The notes: generated by a model not told the origin, from the sequence alone. Positions 34,256 through 45,547 are shown, counted from the first letter of the stretch. The stretch: DNA of 64,000 nt from an uncultured Chloroflexia bacterium (GCA_963765765.1 CAVXYC010000032.1:160001-224000); one strand, 5' to 3'. Translations and numbers: made by a program.

Positions 34256-34698
34256 TGCAGCTCACTGGCATGGACCACATCGTGCTCAGCGTTCGGGACG
34301 TCGAACGATCCCTTGATTTCTATACACGCGTACTGGGGCTGAAACCCGAGCGCGTTGAAAGCTGGCGCGCAGGGAAGAATGGGTTCCCATCCGTGCGCAT
34401 CAATGAGAATACCATTATCGATTTGATGGCAAACAAGGTGAGCGACGAAAGCGTGGCGACCGTTCCCAATCTGAACCATTTCTGCATGTTCACCGATGGG
34501 CCCCTGGAGCCCTGCGTGGAAGAGCTCCAGAACCAAGGTGTCACCGTGGAGACAGGTCCGATCAAGCGCTGGGGCGCTCGTGGGGACGCGCTCTCGGTCT
34601 ACTTCCGCGACCCTGACAACAATCAAATCGAGATTCGCAGCTATGTTTCCGCGATTCAACCGTCCGGGACCCGCGCAGAGGCCGCCGCGCGCGCATAG
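34255..34698 (+). CDS. VOC family protein
   Basis: MDHIVLSVRDVERSLDFY, NHFC and VYFRDPDNNQIE. Confidence 0.9.
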   Translation: MQLTGMDHIVLSVRDVERSLDFYTRVLGLKPERVESWRAGKNGFPSVRINENTIIDLMANKVSDESVATVPNLNHFCMFTDGPLEPCVEELQNQGVTVETGPIKRWGARGDALSVYFRDPDNNQIEIRSYVSAIQPSGTRAEAAARA

Positions 34699-34701
34699 TC
34701 A

Positions 34702-34793
34702 CCTGGGGCCGCGGGCGGGACGCGCGTCCCCGGCGACCGATTTCGGCCAGATGCGAACGCAAAACCGGGGACGGCCGGATGCCCGCGGTCCCG
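34702..34793. repeat. imperfect inverted repeat (REP-like)
   Basis: CCTGGGGCCGCGGGC...GTCCCGG / CCGGGAC...GCCCGCGGTCCCGG. Confidence 0.4.
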
Positions 34794-34834
34794 GAGCGAT
34801 CACGCCCGCCAATATTTGGAACAGGAGGAATTCA

Positions 34835-35194
34835 ATGAAGCATATCCGTCCATCCGAGGTGAACAAGGAAGATGCCGCTGGGCCAATTTTCATCGGGGAC
34901 GTGAGTCGCCAGAATCTCGTCACTCCGGACATGAGCGAAGACTTCAATGTATCGATCGTAAATTTCGATCACGGCGCTCGAAACAAGTTCCATAAGCACA
35001 GCAACGATCAGCTTCTGATTGTCACGGCAGGAACGGGGATTGTGGCGACCGAGGCCGAAGAGGTTGAAGTTCAAGAGGGCGACGTCATACATGTGGTGCG
35101 CGGTGAGAAACACTGGCACGGAGCCAAGTCAGGACACGACTTCTCGCACATCACTGTTACACGGGCGGGTAGCACGACCGACATCCTCGAGTAG
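34835..35194 (+). CDS. cupin domain protein
   Basis: HKH..DQLL.V..G.G and GEKHWHGA; AGGAGG RBS. Confidence 0.9.
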   Translation: MKHIRPSEVNKEDAAGPIFIGDVSRQNLVTPDMSEDFNVSIVNFDHGARNKFHKHSNDQLLIVTAGTGIVATEAEEVEVQEGDVIHVVRGEKHWHGAKSGHDFSHITVTRAGSTTDILE

Positions 35195-35208
35195 CTCTTT
35201 TCAACTTC

Positions 35209-35637
35209 ATGCCCGTCTCACTCACTGAAGATGAGCTGGCGCTGCTCACTTCAAGCCGCGTGGGGCATCTGGCCACGGTGGATGAGCATGGGCAACCTCA
35301 TGTCGTGCCGGTGTGCTACGCCTGGCTGGAAGGCGCACTCTATACACCGATCGACGAGAAGCCGAAGCGGACCGTGCTTGGTCCGCTTCGGCGACAGCGC
35401 AATATCCTCGCGAATCCGCGTGTTTGTGTCACAGTGGATCGGTATGACGAAGATTGGTCCAGACTGGCGTGGCTACAGGTTCGCGGATCGGCCGCGGTGC
35501 TTGAGCTGGCTGATGCAAAGGCCGTGGTCATCGCGGCACTCCGGGCGCGATATCCTCAATATCGCGAGATGGACCTGGAGTCTCGCCCGGTGATCCGGGT
35601 TTCGCCGGAGACCATCCGTTCGTGGCGCGCATCATGA
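35209..35637 (+). CDS. PPOX-class putative F420-dependent oxidoreductase (Rv0121-like)
   Basis: GHLATVD..GQPHVVPVC, IDEKPK, NILANPRV and DRYDEDWSRLAW. Confidence 0.88.
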   Translation: MPVSLTEDELALLTSSRVGHLATVDEHGQPHVVPVCYAWLEGALYTPIDEKPKRTVLGPLRRQRNILANPRVCVTVDRYDEDWSRLAWLQVRGSAAVLELADAKAVVIAALRARYPQYREMDLESRPVIRVSPETIRSWRAS

Positions 35638-35656
35638 CGCGGACGAACGAGTATTC

Positions 35657-36547
35657 GTGATTACGGAGGCGGAACCGCAGCTTACCGGCGCTGATATCGA
35701 AGATCTGGCGCTCATCAATGCGGATGCTGTGCTTGATGCGCTGGGCCTGGCTCACCTTCGGCACGGGCGGCACACGCTTCGATCCCTGATCCGCCTCCAC
35801 ACCATTCATTTCGCCCGCACACTGGCATCATATGACGCGGAAGTAGGGCAACGTGGCCTCGGCCCAGCAGCCATCTGGCTGCTGGAGCGCTTCATCGGCA
35901 AACTCGAGATCAGCGGTCAGTGCCACATCCCCCGCTCGGGGCCCGTGCTGGTGTTGGCTAACCATCCGGGATTGAGCGATACGCTGGCGTTGATTGCCAG
36001 CATCCCGCGTGATGACCTGCGGATTCTGGCGGCCGATCGGCCGTTCCTTCGCGCACTCCCTCGTACGAGTGAGCGCCTGGTCTACCTGGGTGAGCGCCCG
36101 GGCCAACGCCTCAGCGCTCTGCGCGACATTTCCGCCCACCTTCGCGAAGGCGGGGCGATGCTGACCTTTCCGGCTGGGAGAATCGAGCCAGATCCGCTTC
36201 TGCGGCCGGAGGCAGCGCTGAGCCTGGAAGACTGGAATGAGAGCCTGCGAGTAGTGAGCCGCATTGCTAGGAACATTCCGGTCGTTCCCGCGATCGTCTC
36301 TGGAGTGCGGTCACCCGCGGCACAGAGGAATCCGATCACATGGTTGCGGCGTCGACAGGCTGATCAAGAATGGCTGGGCTGCGTTCTCCAGACGGTGTTG
36401 CGGTCCTATCAGCAAGTGACCGTACGCGTCGCATTTGGTCCGGCGATGATCGGGGATGATGCCGAGTGTGAATCGTTCATCACGCGAATCATGGCTGCCG
36501 AGCGGCAGCTTGTCTCGGCTGAGTTACCGAATTGCGCCAATCACTAA
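35657..36547 (+). CDS. phospholipid/glycerol acyltransferase (PlsC-like)
   Basis: GPVLVLANHPGLSD (HX4D) and FPAG. Confidence 0.82.
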   Translation: MITEAEPQLTGADIEDLALINADAVLDALGLAHLRHGRHTLRSLIRLHTIHFARTLASYDAEVGQRGLGPAAIWLLERFIGKLEISGQCHIPRSGPVLVLANHPGLSDTLALIASIPRDDLRILAADRPFLRALPRTSERLVYLGERPGQRLSALRDISAHLREGGAMLTFPAGRIEPDPLLRPEAALSLEDWNESLRVVSRIARNIPVVPAIVSGVRSPAAQRNPITWLRRRQADQEWLGCVLQTVLRSYQQVTVRVAFGPAMIGDDAECESFITRIMAAERQLVSAELPNCANH

Positions 36548-36776
36548 GAGGTTACATCTGGACCGAATTGCCTCCGGCCACCTGGAGTGTTCCTGTCAAC
36601 TCGCTCGCATGGGCGGCGGGCGCACCGAGACCTAATGCAACGACGGTCGAGGTCCCTCCCTCAGCAGAGAACGATGCTGGTGTAGACAGTGAGTCCGGTA
36701 GCGTCGTGTCTATGGGACAGGGATCGGGATGAAGGATGACAGAGAACCTGAGTAGCCAGTAACAGCAAGCGGTCAA

Positions 36777-37632
36777 TCATCCAGGCTTCCGTTGGGCCAG
36801 AATGTCGAGCTGGTGGGCCACGTAGACAAGCTCCGCGGCCTCAAGTTGGCGCTCACGCTCCCCCACCCAGTTCTCTAATGTACCAGCGCCGAGCCTTCCC
36901 GCTTGCCGGACCACACTGGCAATGTGGGCAAGAAGGTACTCGAGCACTAGTCTATCGTCGTCTCTATACGCTCCGTGCAATGGTGCGATCACCCAATCCG
37001 ATGGAGCCATATCGAGCACTTCAAAGCCCCTGCCGGTCAGGGCATGGAACAAGCGCCGCCCGGCGCGTCGCTCACCGCCACTTCCGCCCCATCGCTGCGT
37101 GTACATGGCCGCGTGATAAGCGCTGAGTAATTCCTCGTCCAGCCGCGGGTCGATACTGGGCTCGATGATCGTAAGATCGTCAAAATTCAATGTGAGGTAG
37201 GCCAGGCCGTCCGGCGCAAGTAGACCGGCGATGGCATCGAGTGCCGCGTCGAGATCGAAGAGATCGAGGAAGGCGTGTGCCGTGACAATCGGCCAGCCGT
37301 TGCTATGGTTGCTCACACGCGCGTAATCGAAAAATTCCGCGACCTCGAAGACCGCCCCTGTCCTTTCAGCGAAACGCTTTTGAGCCCTTTCAATCAGACC
37401 GTGCGTCTCGATCGATCCCCGTGTACCGGATGCGTGAGACCGTGGACGGCGTGAGCCGATCGGTTGTAAGGAGCCGATCGAGCGTCGCGCCGAGACCGCA
37501 ACCAATATCGAGAACCTGCCCAACTTCGCTCAACCGCTCGCAAAAAACCGTCCAGAGCCGCGGGTGGATTGAGCGAGCATCAAGCGCTTCCTTCGCTTCT
37601 AAATAGCGCGCGAAGTCAACCTGCTGCGTCAT
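36777..37632 (-). CDS. class I SAM-dependent methyltransferase; frameshifted
   Basis: YLEAKEALDARS, VLDIGCGLG, AHAFLDLF and SDWVI across ORFs 37390..37716 and 36777..37523. Confidence 0.82.
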
Positions 37633-37664
37633 TGACTCCAGTCCCGTATAGCGCAATTGCGCTC

Positions 37665-38748
37665 TCAAACCACACTCTCGATGAATTCCGCGGCGGTGTG
37701 CATGCTCTCGGACCACGTCGGATGCGTTGAAGCGCGCTCCAGCGCCGCAAGGCTCATGGTGATCAGCAATTCTCGGTCCTGAAGCAAGTCCAGCACGGCG
37801 CGGCTGAGTGCCCGCGAATCACCTGGCGGCACGAGTCTTCCGGTAACGCCGTCTGTAATGATCTCGCTCGCGCCGCCGTGCGTCGTGCCGATGGCCGGCA
37901 AGCCAAAGTTCATGGCCTCCAGGTACACAATGCCAAAGCCTTCATATGTCGACGGCACAACAAGCACGTGCGACTTACTCAAGATGTGCCGGACTTCGTC
38001 ATCTGACAGACGTCCGGCGAAGTGGACGTTGGCAGCGAGTCCTCCGCTGTGCACGCGTCGGCGGAGGCGGCGCGTGAGTCCTGGGTCCACGGTGAGATCG
38101 CCCACTACTGTGAGCGACCACGTGCCCGGCGGAAGCTGGGCCACGGCATCGAGCAACGTCTCCAGCCCTTTTCTCTGGATGACGTTGCCGACGAAGGTGA
38201 GGTGCAGCGGAGGCATCACGCACGCTCGGTTCTCGAATGTCGCGCGCGTCGATTGTGTTATCGAACCGGTCTCCCGCGGGTTGAGCGACAATCGATGGCT
38301 GGCGCAATCCGCTGAGGGCATGAACGCTCCTGGCCGTAGTCTGGCTATTGAAGACGAAGGCATCAACGGTTGTCAGATACCGTCGCTCGATCATCGCGTA
38401 GAAGGTCTTCTGCCAACTCGGACGATGCTCCGAGCATCGGAGATGATGAACGACGCTGACGAGCGGACCGCGGACTCGACTCTTCAACCGCCGATTGATC
38501 ACGAAGAGCGAGGGATGATTCAGCTCATCCTCGAGAAGGACATCCAGTCTGGCGGCCTCAATCCTTGCAACGAGATCGCTGCGGAGATTGTCCAGGAGAT
38601 GTCGTGGATAGGAGCGCCAGGGAAGCGAGAAGATCTTGACGTCCGAGCCCCGTTCACGGAGCGTGGCGACGAGCTTCCGATCGTAGAGATAGCCACCCGA
38701 GCCCGACTCGAGGCTTCCATAAACGATCAGTCCAATACGGCGCGGCAC
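37665..38748 (-). CDS. glycosyltransferase family 4; frameshift near 38220
   Basis: SGGYLYDRKL, VGNVIQRKG and PSTYEGFGIVYLEAM. Confidence 0.9.
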
Positions 38749-38751
38749 CGC

Positions 38752-39050
38752 CTACGCCGGTACGTTAGCGGGAGATCGGGATCGCAGAAGTCCGAGCCAG
38801 AGCGCACCGACTCCAAACAGGACCGCTAATAGTATGACGGCGATTCCTAGGCCAGGCACTGGCAGTACCTGCAATGCCGCACGCACCAGGAGCCCAGCGT
38901 CATTGCCATGAGAAACCCAGCTCGAGAGTCGATATATCGGACTGATGCGCAAGTGTCAGCAGCATTCTTCCCAGCGTCAGTCCTGTCACTTCCAGGCTGA
39001 GGTAGGTGGCGATGAGATAGATCGCCAGAAGACTGAGCGGCGCGTGTCTG
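38752..39050 (-). CDS. hydrophobic membrane-protein fragment (frameshifted, start unclear)
   Basis: TM-like segments LSLLAIYLIATYL and GLGIAVILLAVLFGVGALWLGLL in two frames. Confidence 0.35.
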
Positions 39051-39653
39051 CTAGGGCCGCGCGGCCGCCATCGCCGCTTCAAAATCGGCAGGAAACTCAC
39101 GTTCAGCCCACTGAGCCGTGAGCGGTAGGCAGCGCCAATCGCGGTCGCCCCAGGCTATGTAATCCCCGGTTCTCGGACTCATCGGCAGGTTTGCTTCAAC
39201 CGGAAAGTAGCGATTGTGCCGGCGAATCAGCTCGTTCACGAGTCCGAGATCGATATGACTTAGATAATCTCGCCAGGCCATTGGGAAGAGTTCGGGCTGG
39301 CGCCTGTGCTCGTGGGCAATGGCGATCCATTGAAATCGAAGCTCTGCCAATAGTGCATCGGTGAGCGTCTCGATTTTCTTGAGTCGGACCGCCCATGCAG
39401 GTGCACCGCCCATCGAGATTCCCGCGAAGCGTTTCTCGTCGGGAATGAGACGCATGGGGATCATGCCGCTCAGGGCGGACCTATCGGATTTATCAGGGGG
39501 CGCGCTGGTCAACGACTCCTGAACTTGCCGCTCAACGGAGCTGCTGAGTCGCTTGCGGCCGACGGGTTGAAAGAGCGCTTGAAGCGGTTCCATGGACATG
39601 ATGTTCTCCACCGGAAAGCTTACCAGGCGACCTTCCTCCGGGACCGCCGACAT
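39051..39653 (-). CDS. hypothetical protein
   Basis: 200-aa ORF with protein-like composition (NELIRRHNRYFPVEANLPMSPRTGDY). Confidence 0.65.
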   Translation of the reverse strand: MSAVPEEGRLVSFPVENIMSMEPLQALFQPVGRKRLSSSVERQVQESLTSAPPDKSDRSALSGMIPMRLIPDEKRFAGISMGGAPAWAVRLKKIETLTDALLAELRFQWIAIAHEHRRQPELFPMAWRDYLSHIDLGLVNELIRRHNRYFPVEANLPMSPRTGDYIAWGDRDWRCLPLTAQWAEREFPADFEAAMAAARP

Positions 39654-39695
39654 CCTTTCTGCGGTCCTGGTAGCAAGCCCACGTACAATCAGCGC

Positions 39696-40442
39696 ATGAG
39701 CTCGACGACGGGGCGGGTGGCACTCATTCCTGGTGGCGCTCGCGGAATCGGGCGCGGTGTGGCGCTGGACCTCGCCCGCTCAGGTTGGTCCGTCGCCGTG
39801 GCATTTCGGACGAGCGCGACTGACGGTCAGAGTCTCGTCGAGATCATCGAGCGCGCGGGTGGGCAGGCGTTGGCGCTTCAGGCTGATGTTTCGGACTCAC
39901 TCCAGGCTCGCGCACTCGTGTCCCAAGTGGAAGAAGAGTGGGGCCGAATCGACGCGCTGATCAACGCGGCCGGCCCATATCATCGCGTCAACGTGCTGGA
40001 TGAAACGGACGACGGCTGGCGAGACATGTTCGCAAACAATCTCGATCCCGTATTTTATCTGTCACGTGCAGTGGCTCCCGGAATGATCGGCCGCCAATGG
40101 GGACGGATCATCAGCTTCTCGATTGCTCGCGCCGAGCAGCTCAGTGCCCAGCCAGAGCTCACGGCACATGCCATAGCGAAGACAGGAGTGCTGGTGCTGA
40201 CGCGGACACTTGCGCGTGTGTTCGCGCCGCACGGAATTACCGTAAACGCGATCTCGCCAGGATTCATTGATTCAGGCAATCCACTGCCCGCTGAGCTTGA
40301 GTCAGTTGCGCGGCGGATACCCGCGGGCTACGTCGGAACAGTGGACGACGCCGTCGCCGCCGTCCGATATTTGATCTCGGACGACGCTCGCTACGTCACT
40401 GGCTCGAACCTGCAGCTCGGGGGCGGATGGGGCCTTTCGTAA
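39696..40442 (+). CDS. SDR family oxidoreductase (FabG-like)
   Basis: GGARGIG, INAAG, GITVNAISPG and YVTGSNL; the catalytic YxxxK reads HAIAK. Confidence 0.88.
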   Translation: MSSTTGRVALIPGGARGIGRGVALDLARSGWSVAVAFRTSATDGQSLVEIIERAGGQALALQADVSDSLQARALVSQVEEEWGRIDALINAAGPYHRVNVLDETDDGWRDMFANNLDPVFYLSRAVAPGMIGRQWGRIISFSIARAEQLSAQPELTAHAIAKTGVLVLTRTLARVFAPHGITVNAISPGFIDSGNPLPAELESVARRIPAGYVGTVDDAVAAVRYLISDDARYVTGSNLQLGGGWGLS

Positions 40443-40721
40443 GCTGACTCGAAACGGCTACCGGTGCTTGCGCTGATTGGGCATTCCAATCCCAACCCTT
40501 GGGCCGCCAATCGTTGTTGGCTAACGATGGACCGACGTGGAATGCAAAAAGCTTTCCGCTGGCGGATGCCACCCTTTCTCATTCAATGCTATACAATGGA
40601 GCCCCGATCGCCATATATACCATTGCGTGCTTAGCAAATTGATTGAGAATAGGGACGGCGTAAGACTCCTTCAGGGCCGGGCAGCCCACCAGGATCGACG
40701 CAGCACACAGGAGATCAACAT

Positions 40722-41491
40722 ATGAAGGAGGTCGCCGTGGGACGGTTCCGATACTCGGTTCCCGCCGCCGTTGCCTTTGCGCTCCTGATAGTGGGCGTAA
40801 GCGCCACATCGACATTTGCCCAAACTGCGGGCAATGGAGCACAGGTGACCGTAACTGGCACGGGCGGCTCAGGTGTTAACTTTCGTGTCACACCGGGCGG
40901 CGCGGCCATTGGATCGCTTCCCGGACGGATCCAAGCTTGTGGTCGTAGGTCAAGACCAGCAGGCGACCGGTCGCGCATGGCGGAACGTTCGTTCTCCTGA
41001 CGGCGTCGTAGGTTGGGTCGCCGCCGATTATGTTTCCGGCACAGCTCAAGCGCCTGAATCCGACGACCACGCAAGCTGCTTATCGGCCTGGCGCTGCCAC
41101 GGGCACGACCCTTCAAATCGTGAAGACCGGCGGGATGAACGGGGTCATCCGCGACAACCCGGGAGGCACGCAGATTGGCTCGTATCCTGAAGGCACGTCA
41201 ATGACACTGGTGTCATCGGATGCTCGGGAGGCCGGCGGCCGGGAGTGGAAGAACGTCAAGGGTCCCGATGGCAAGTCAGGATGGATGGCATCGTTGCTTC
41301 TCAACGATAGCTCCGGCGGAGCCACCGTAGCGGCTCCAAGTAATCCGGCCACTGCGCGCTCACCCTTCACTTTGACGTCTGACATGCGGGCACGAGCGCT
41401 GGCTGCTCGAGCGCGGGCCGTTCCGCTCAGGTCGACGGCTAGCGACACTAAGACGGACGACAAGAAGACGAGCAGCTCGAACAAGCGGTAA
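40722..41491 (+). CDS. secreted protein with two bacterial SH3-like domains; two frameshifts
   Basis: Signal peptide; repeated GVNFRVTPGG...WRNVRSPDGVVGWVA and GVIRDNPGG...WKNVKGPDGKSGWMA. Confidence 0.78.
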
Positions 41492-41555
41492 TCGTCTTCG
41501 ACCTCATCCGGCAGCACGAAGAAGCCCTAGCGCACTCCACCTCCGATAGCCAATT

Positions 41556-41765
41556 TTGAATCGAGAAGGCATCATCGCAGTCTGCGTTGGTGCCTTTCTT
41601 GCTGTTCCCATGGCGATCTGGTTGCACATACGGCTTAGTCGCCGGGGAGAGCGCAATCGGTTCTTCGGCTGGCTCGCTATGGCCAGCTTTCTGATCGCCT
41701 GGCTAGCGGTGATTACCTTCTTTACTACGGCAATCATGCTTGCGGCCGTGTGGCTAGCGGGCTAA
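41556..41765 (+). CDS. small two-TM membrane protein
   Basis: Two hydrophobic helices in a 69-aa ORF. Confidence 0.45.
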   Translation: MNREGIIAVCVGAFLAVPMAIWLHIRLSRRGERNRFFGWLAMASFLIAWLAVITFFTTAIMLAAVWLAG

Positions 41766-41803
41766 CTGGCGCTGCCCTAAAGGTGACTCTCGAGCGCCCT
41801 CAG

Positions 41804-41893
41804 GTAGTGGCGTCCCTTTACGGGCGCCAGCTAGGGTCATCGCTGCGCCGCGAGACGAGTAATCGAGCTGGGGCCCGTTAGGGACGCCGCTAC
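41804..41893. repeat. GTAG-headed REP doublet (REPIN-like)
   Basis: GTAGTGGCGTCCCTTTACGGGCGCCAGCT ... AGCTGGGGCCCGTTAGGGACGCCGCTAC. Confidence 0.72.
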
Positions 41894-41974
41894 GTAGTGA
41901 TCAGAGTATTGACGCGCCCGTGGTCGGTTAGCCTTCATCAGCAGGGAGGCGCATTCTGTCCGAGTGGTGCCTTG

Positions 41975-43318
41975 CTAGCCCCCGGTGCGGTCGGTCTTCA
42001 CGGCCGTGGCGAGAGTATGGTCGATCCTAGCCCGGTGCCAGTCCTCGAGTGACTCCACCCAGTCAGCTTCCTTTGGAAGAATAGCCGCGCAGGATCGGAC
42101 TCGGAACACGCCGGGGTCATCAACTCCGGGAGGCGTCGCCCCGTGGTCGCGGAGTGCCTTGGCCGCGTTGAGTAGCCGTCGACGGACGCGAATGATCATG
42201 CTGTCCGCTGTGCCGAGCCGTTCCCTCGTCCGATCGGTCACGGCCCCCATGCTCTCCGTGACGGCCACATCCTGGAGAGGAATGCGCGGGATGCCCGTGA
42301 ACGTTTTCGTTTTCTGGACGTCACGGTCCAGTCCGTAATCGTTAGAGGCGTTCAGCGCCGAGTAGCTATTGGGATACGGCTTGCCAAATTGTGTTGGCAG
42401 CATCTCGCCGTGTCCATTGTTTGGATACCAGAGCTCGTTGATTTCCGACTTCGTTGAGTAGCCCTTGAGCTCATCCTCCGTATAGGGCTCCGTGGGGTTC
42501 CAGCAGAAACACCAGATCAACGTGGTGACGTCATCTATCGGAACCCAGATGTGCGCGGGTACGGTGCCTTCAGGACTGGCCGGAAACATCGTGGTGCAGG
42601 GCATCAGGAATTGCGACGTTCGCCAATAATGCGAGTCGCCCGGCTCATCGCGGCGCGACCCGTACATGACCCCGTAGTCGGTATCCAGAACAAAGAGTCG
42701 CGGTGCCTTGTCCTGGTGCCAGAAGCCAAACTCCTGTCCGTCGAGCGGATTTACCCGACCATGAAGGAAGTACGGATGGCTGGTATCCAGGTCACCTTCC
42801 ATGGCCTGGACAAAGTTGCACTGACGAATCGCGCGCCAGGCCCAGCGGCGCTGGTTTGCCGGCATGTCCAGAAATTCCAACTCAGGGAGCGGTGGCGGTG
42901 TCTGCCGCGGGCCCATATACGTCCAGACGGCCCCGGCACTATCGACACACGGATAGGAAGCAACGTGTACCTTGTGCTTGAAGTTGGACTCCGGCGGCTC
43001 ATTAGGCATGTCCACGCACGCACCGGTCGTATCAAACTTCCAGCCGTGGTACACGCAGCGAAGGCCCTCTTCCTCGTTTCGTCCGAAGAACAGCGAGGCA
43101 CCGCGATGAGGGCAGTTCTCCGCAACGAGGCCGGGCTGACCGTTCGTATCGCGGAAAGCCACCAGGTCTTCGCCGAGCAGTCGTACTCGCTGAGGTGCAC
43201 CGTCCGCCTCGAGCTCATCGGAGAAGAGCACCGGCAGCCAGTAGCTCCGTAGAACGTCACCCATGGGTGTCCCGTGACCCACTTGAGTGAGAAGCTCGTT
43301 ATCCTGGCGGCTCAGCAT
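41975..43318 (-). CDS. Rieske non-heme iron oxygenase alpha subunit (phthalate 4,5-dioxygenase/LigX-like)
   Basis: CPHRGA...CVYHGWKFD Rieske motif; EGDLDTSH..FLH; QDVAVTESMG. Confidence 0.93.
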   Translation of the reverse strand: MLSRQDNELLTQVGHGTPMGDVLRSYWLPVLFSDELEADGAPQRVRLLGEDLVAFRDTNGQPGLVAENCPHRGASLFFGRNEEEGLRCVYHGWKFDTTGACVDMPNEPPESNFKHKVHVASYPCVDSAGAVWTYMGPRQTPPPLPELEFLDMPANQRRWAWRAIRQCNFVQAMEGDLDTSHPYFLHGRVNPLDGQEFGFWHQDKAPRLFVLDTDYGVMYGSRRDEPGDSHYWRTSQFLMPCTTMFPASPEGTVPAHIWVPIDDVTTLIWCFCWNPTEPYTEDELKGYSTKSEINELWYPNNGHGEMLPTQFGKPYPNSYSALNASNDYGLDRDVQKTKTFTGIPRIPLQDVAVTESMGAVTDRTRERLGTADSMIIRVRRRLLNAAKALRDHGATPPGVDDPGVFRVRSCAAILPKEADWVESLEDWHRARIDHTLATAVKTDRTGG

Positions 43319-44310
43319 GGTGTCCTCCGACGGGTGCCTGAACTTTGAGCATAACGTAAATGCATTTCAGAATCGCACCATCACGTACGTGGGCGCCACC
43401 GAGAAGTTGGCCGCTGTTAACTAGGCCACTTTTGGATGGCAACGATTTTTCGTCAACCTGAGCAATGCCACTAATGCAACCAGCGGCAGGCCAGGGAATG
43501 GGACGATCCAGAATGACGAGCCTGGCTGCCTGGTGGTCTCTCGGAACGCCCTCGGATAGCCGCCTCCTGAGTCGGGGCATCGGCATCGATCACAGGCATG
43601 CGTGGTCCTCGGACCGCCGGACGCGGCACTGGTCCACACTAGCATCGGATCGGGGGCTGTCAAAGGAGAGGACGTAACCGTCCCGCCCCAGGCAGCTAAG
43701 CTGGAACGTTACGGAGCGGAAGGGTTACCCGGAATGTGGTACCCACTCCTTCCATGCTCTGGAGATCAATTTGCCCCTCGTGTGCCTCAACGAGCTTCTT
43801 AACGAGGGAGAGCCCTAGACCAAGCCCTTGCAATTCCATCTCTCGAGCTTGAGGCGCCCGGTAGAATTTTTCGAACACGCGGGCCTGGACCTCTGGAGCC
43901 ATTCCAATACCGGTATCCGCCACTTCAACCCAGGCATACGATCCATCAGTGCCTCGGCGCAGCGTCACGGTACCGCCCGGATGTGTGTACCGAACCGCGT
44001 TAGAGAGTAGATTGCCGAATACACTCAAGAGCGCGTCTTCATTGCCGCAAATGAACAGCGGGGTGTCGTCCGGCTCGATTCGGATGTTTAGCTCTTCAGC
44101 ATCACCACTCAGCCTTGCCCACTCAACCGCCCGAGAAAGAATGGGGCCAAGCTCCAGCGAATCGAGGAAGATCTTTGGGGACTCGTCGCGGTTTGCCTCC
44201 ACTAAGTCTCTGCTGAGCTGCGACAGCCGCTCCATAGCCCGTCGAGCGGAGTCGAGCAGTCGTGCCGCATGGTCGGCATCACCACGCGTCAAGTAGCGGC
44301 GGGCCAATTC

Positions 44311-45547
44311 CAGGGTCTTTTCATTGTCACGTGAGTCCGGTGAGTGCCAAGATGGCGAGCGGCCTTGCGGCATAGGTGCGCAGTGCCGCCGCGATGTTGG
44401 TATGGCCGGCGCGGCGCAGGATCCCGATGGCGGTATTGCGCAGGGCGGCCACGACCTGGGGCGCATGGCCCGTGCGAATCTGGCTGCGATCTTCATCGAA
44501 GGTGACGTCGCGCACCCAATGCAAGCAGTTCTCGATGCCCCAATGGCCCCGCCAAAGGGCGGCCAGGCTGGTGGCGTCGGCCTGATCCGGGTGGAGACTC
44601 GTGAGCGCATACCCGGCTTCCCGGGTGGTCCGCCCGTGCCGCGTGACGACCCGTTCAATGGTGCAGACCTGAGCCACATGCGGCCAATCGAGGTAGTCGT
44701 TCAGGAGCGTCGATGTCCGCAGCGTGCGCTCTTCCTGCCGATCGCCGTGCCGGCCGCGCTGCACCGCCCGAGCGAACGTCACACCGGGTGGGGGCTCCAG
44801 GGTAAACAGCGCCACCAACGCTTCCAGGAGCCGGTGCCGGTTGTCTTTGACCGCCCAGAAATACGCGCCGCCCGCGGCGACCACCTGATGACTCAGGGCA
44901 CGCTGGCAAAATTGGGCGTCACCGGTGACCGTGACGCCGTGGAGGTCGAGATCGGCCAACAGCGCCTCCGCCAGGCGCAGCTCGTGCTCCTTCAGCGTCC
45001 CCCTTTTTGGCCCAGCACCTGCCCATCCCGAGGCGCGAAGGCGGCCACCAGATGCACGCCCGGGGTCTGTTCGCCGTGGATCCCGCGGAGGTGCTTGCCG
45101 TCCAGCGCCACCGCCCCCGTGGAACCGGCCCCCTGGACGCGGGCCCACTCGGCCAGAACCCGTTCGAAGGCGTCGCGGTCGAGATCGCGAAAGACCCGAA
45201 ACACCGTCGCCACGCTCGGGGTGGTGGCCCGGGTGATGCCGAACGCCCCGCGGATCTCGGCCGAGCCCTGATCCCGCCCCCACTGGGCGATCGCATACAA
45301 GCTGCGGGCCCCCGACACCATGGCGCACACGGCGAACGTCAAGATCGTCGCCACGGAGTACCGGCAGCCGCGGCGATGGCGGGGATCCGGCACCGGGGCC
45401 AAGGCTTCGAGTAACGATGGAATGGCCGCGTCCATGCGTCCCCTCCCGGAGAATTCCCCACCTCGCTCGAGGGGAGATCCCCAGCCTACGCCGGTCGACA
45501 CCCTTCCTCGTGGCCCCATCGTCACAATCGAACAACGAAAAGACCTG
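44311..45547 (-). mobile_element. complete ISAs1-family insertion sequence
   Basis: TIRs CAGGGTCTTTTCATTGT / ACAACGAAAAGACCTG; 10-bp target duplication GGGCCAATTC at 44301-44310 and 45548-45557. Confidence 0.92.
44327..45435 (-). CDS. ISAs1-family transposase (two frames joined at an A5G5 motif near 45000)
   Basis: VPDPRHRRG, VALDGKHLRG, VTGDAQFCQ, VKDN and HWGIENCLHWVRDVTFDED. Confidence 0.92.

Noticed and set aside
40620-40720. Possible c-di-GMP or c-di-AMP riboswitch ahead of the SH3 protein (GCAAA...GAGA...GGACG)
   Set aside because: The required stems do not pair and the downstream consensus is missing.
41975-43318. Orphan Rieske oxygenase without a reductase as a novel system
   Set aside because: Dispersed oxygenase paralogs sharing reductases encoded elsewhere are common in such genomes; nothing here is distinctive.
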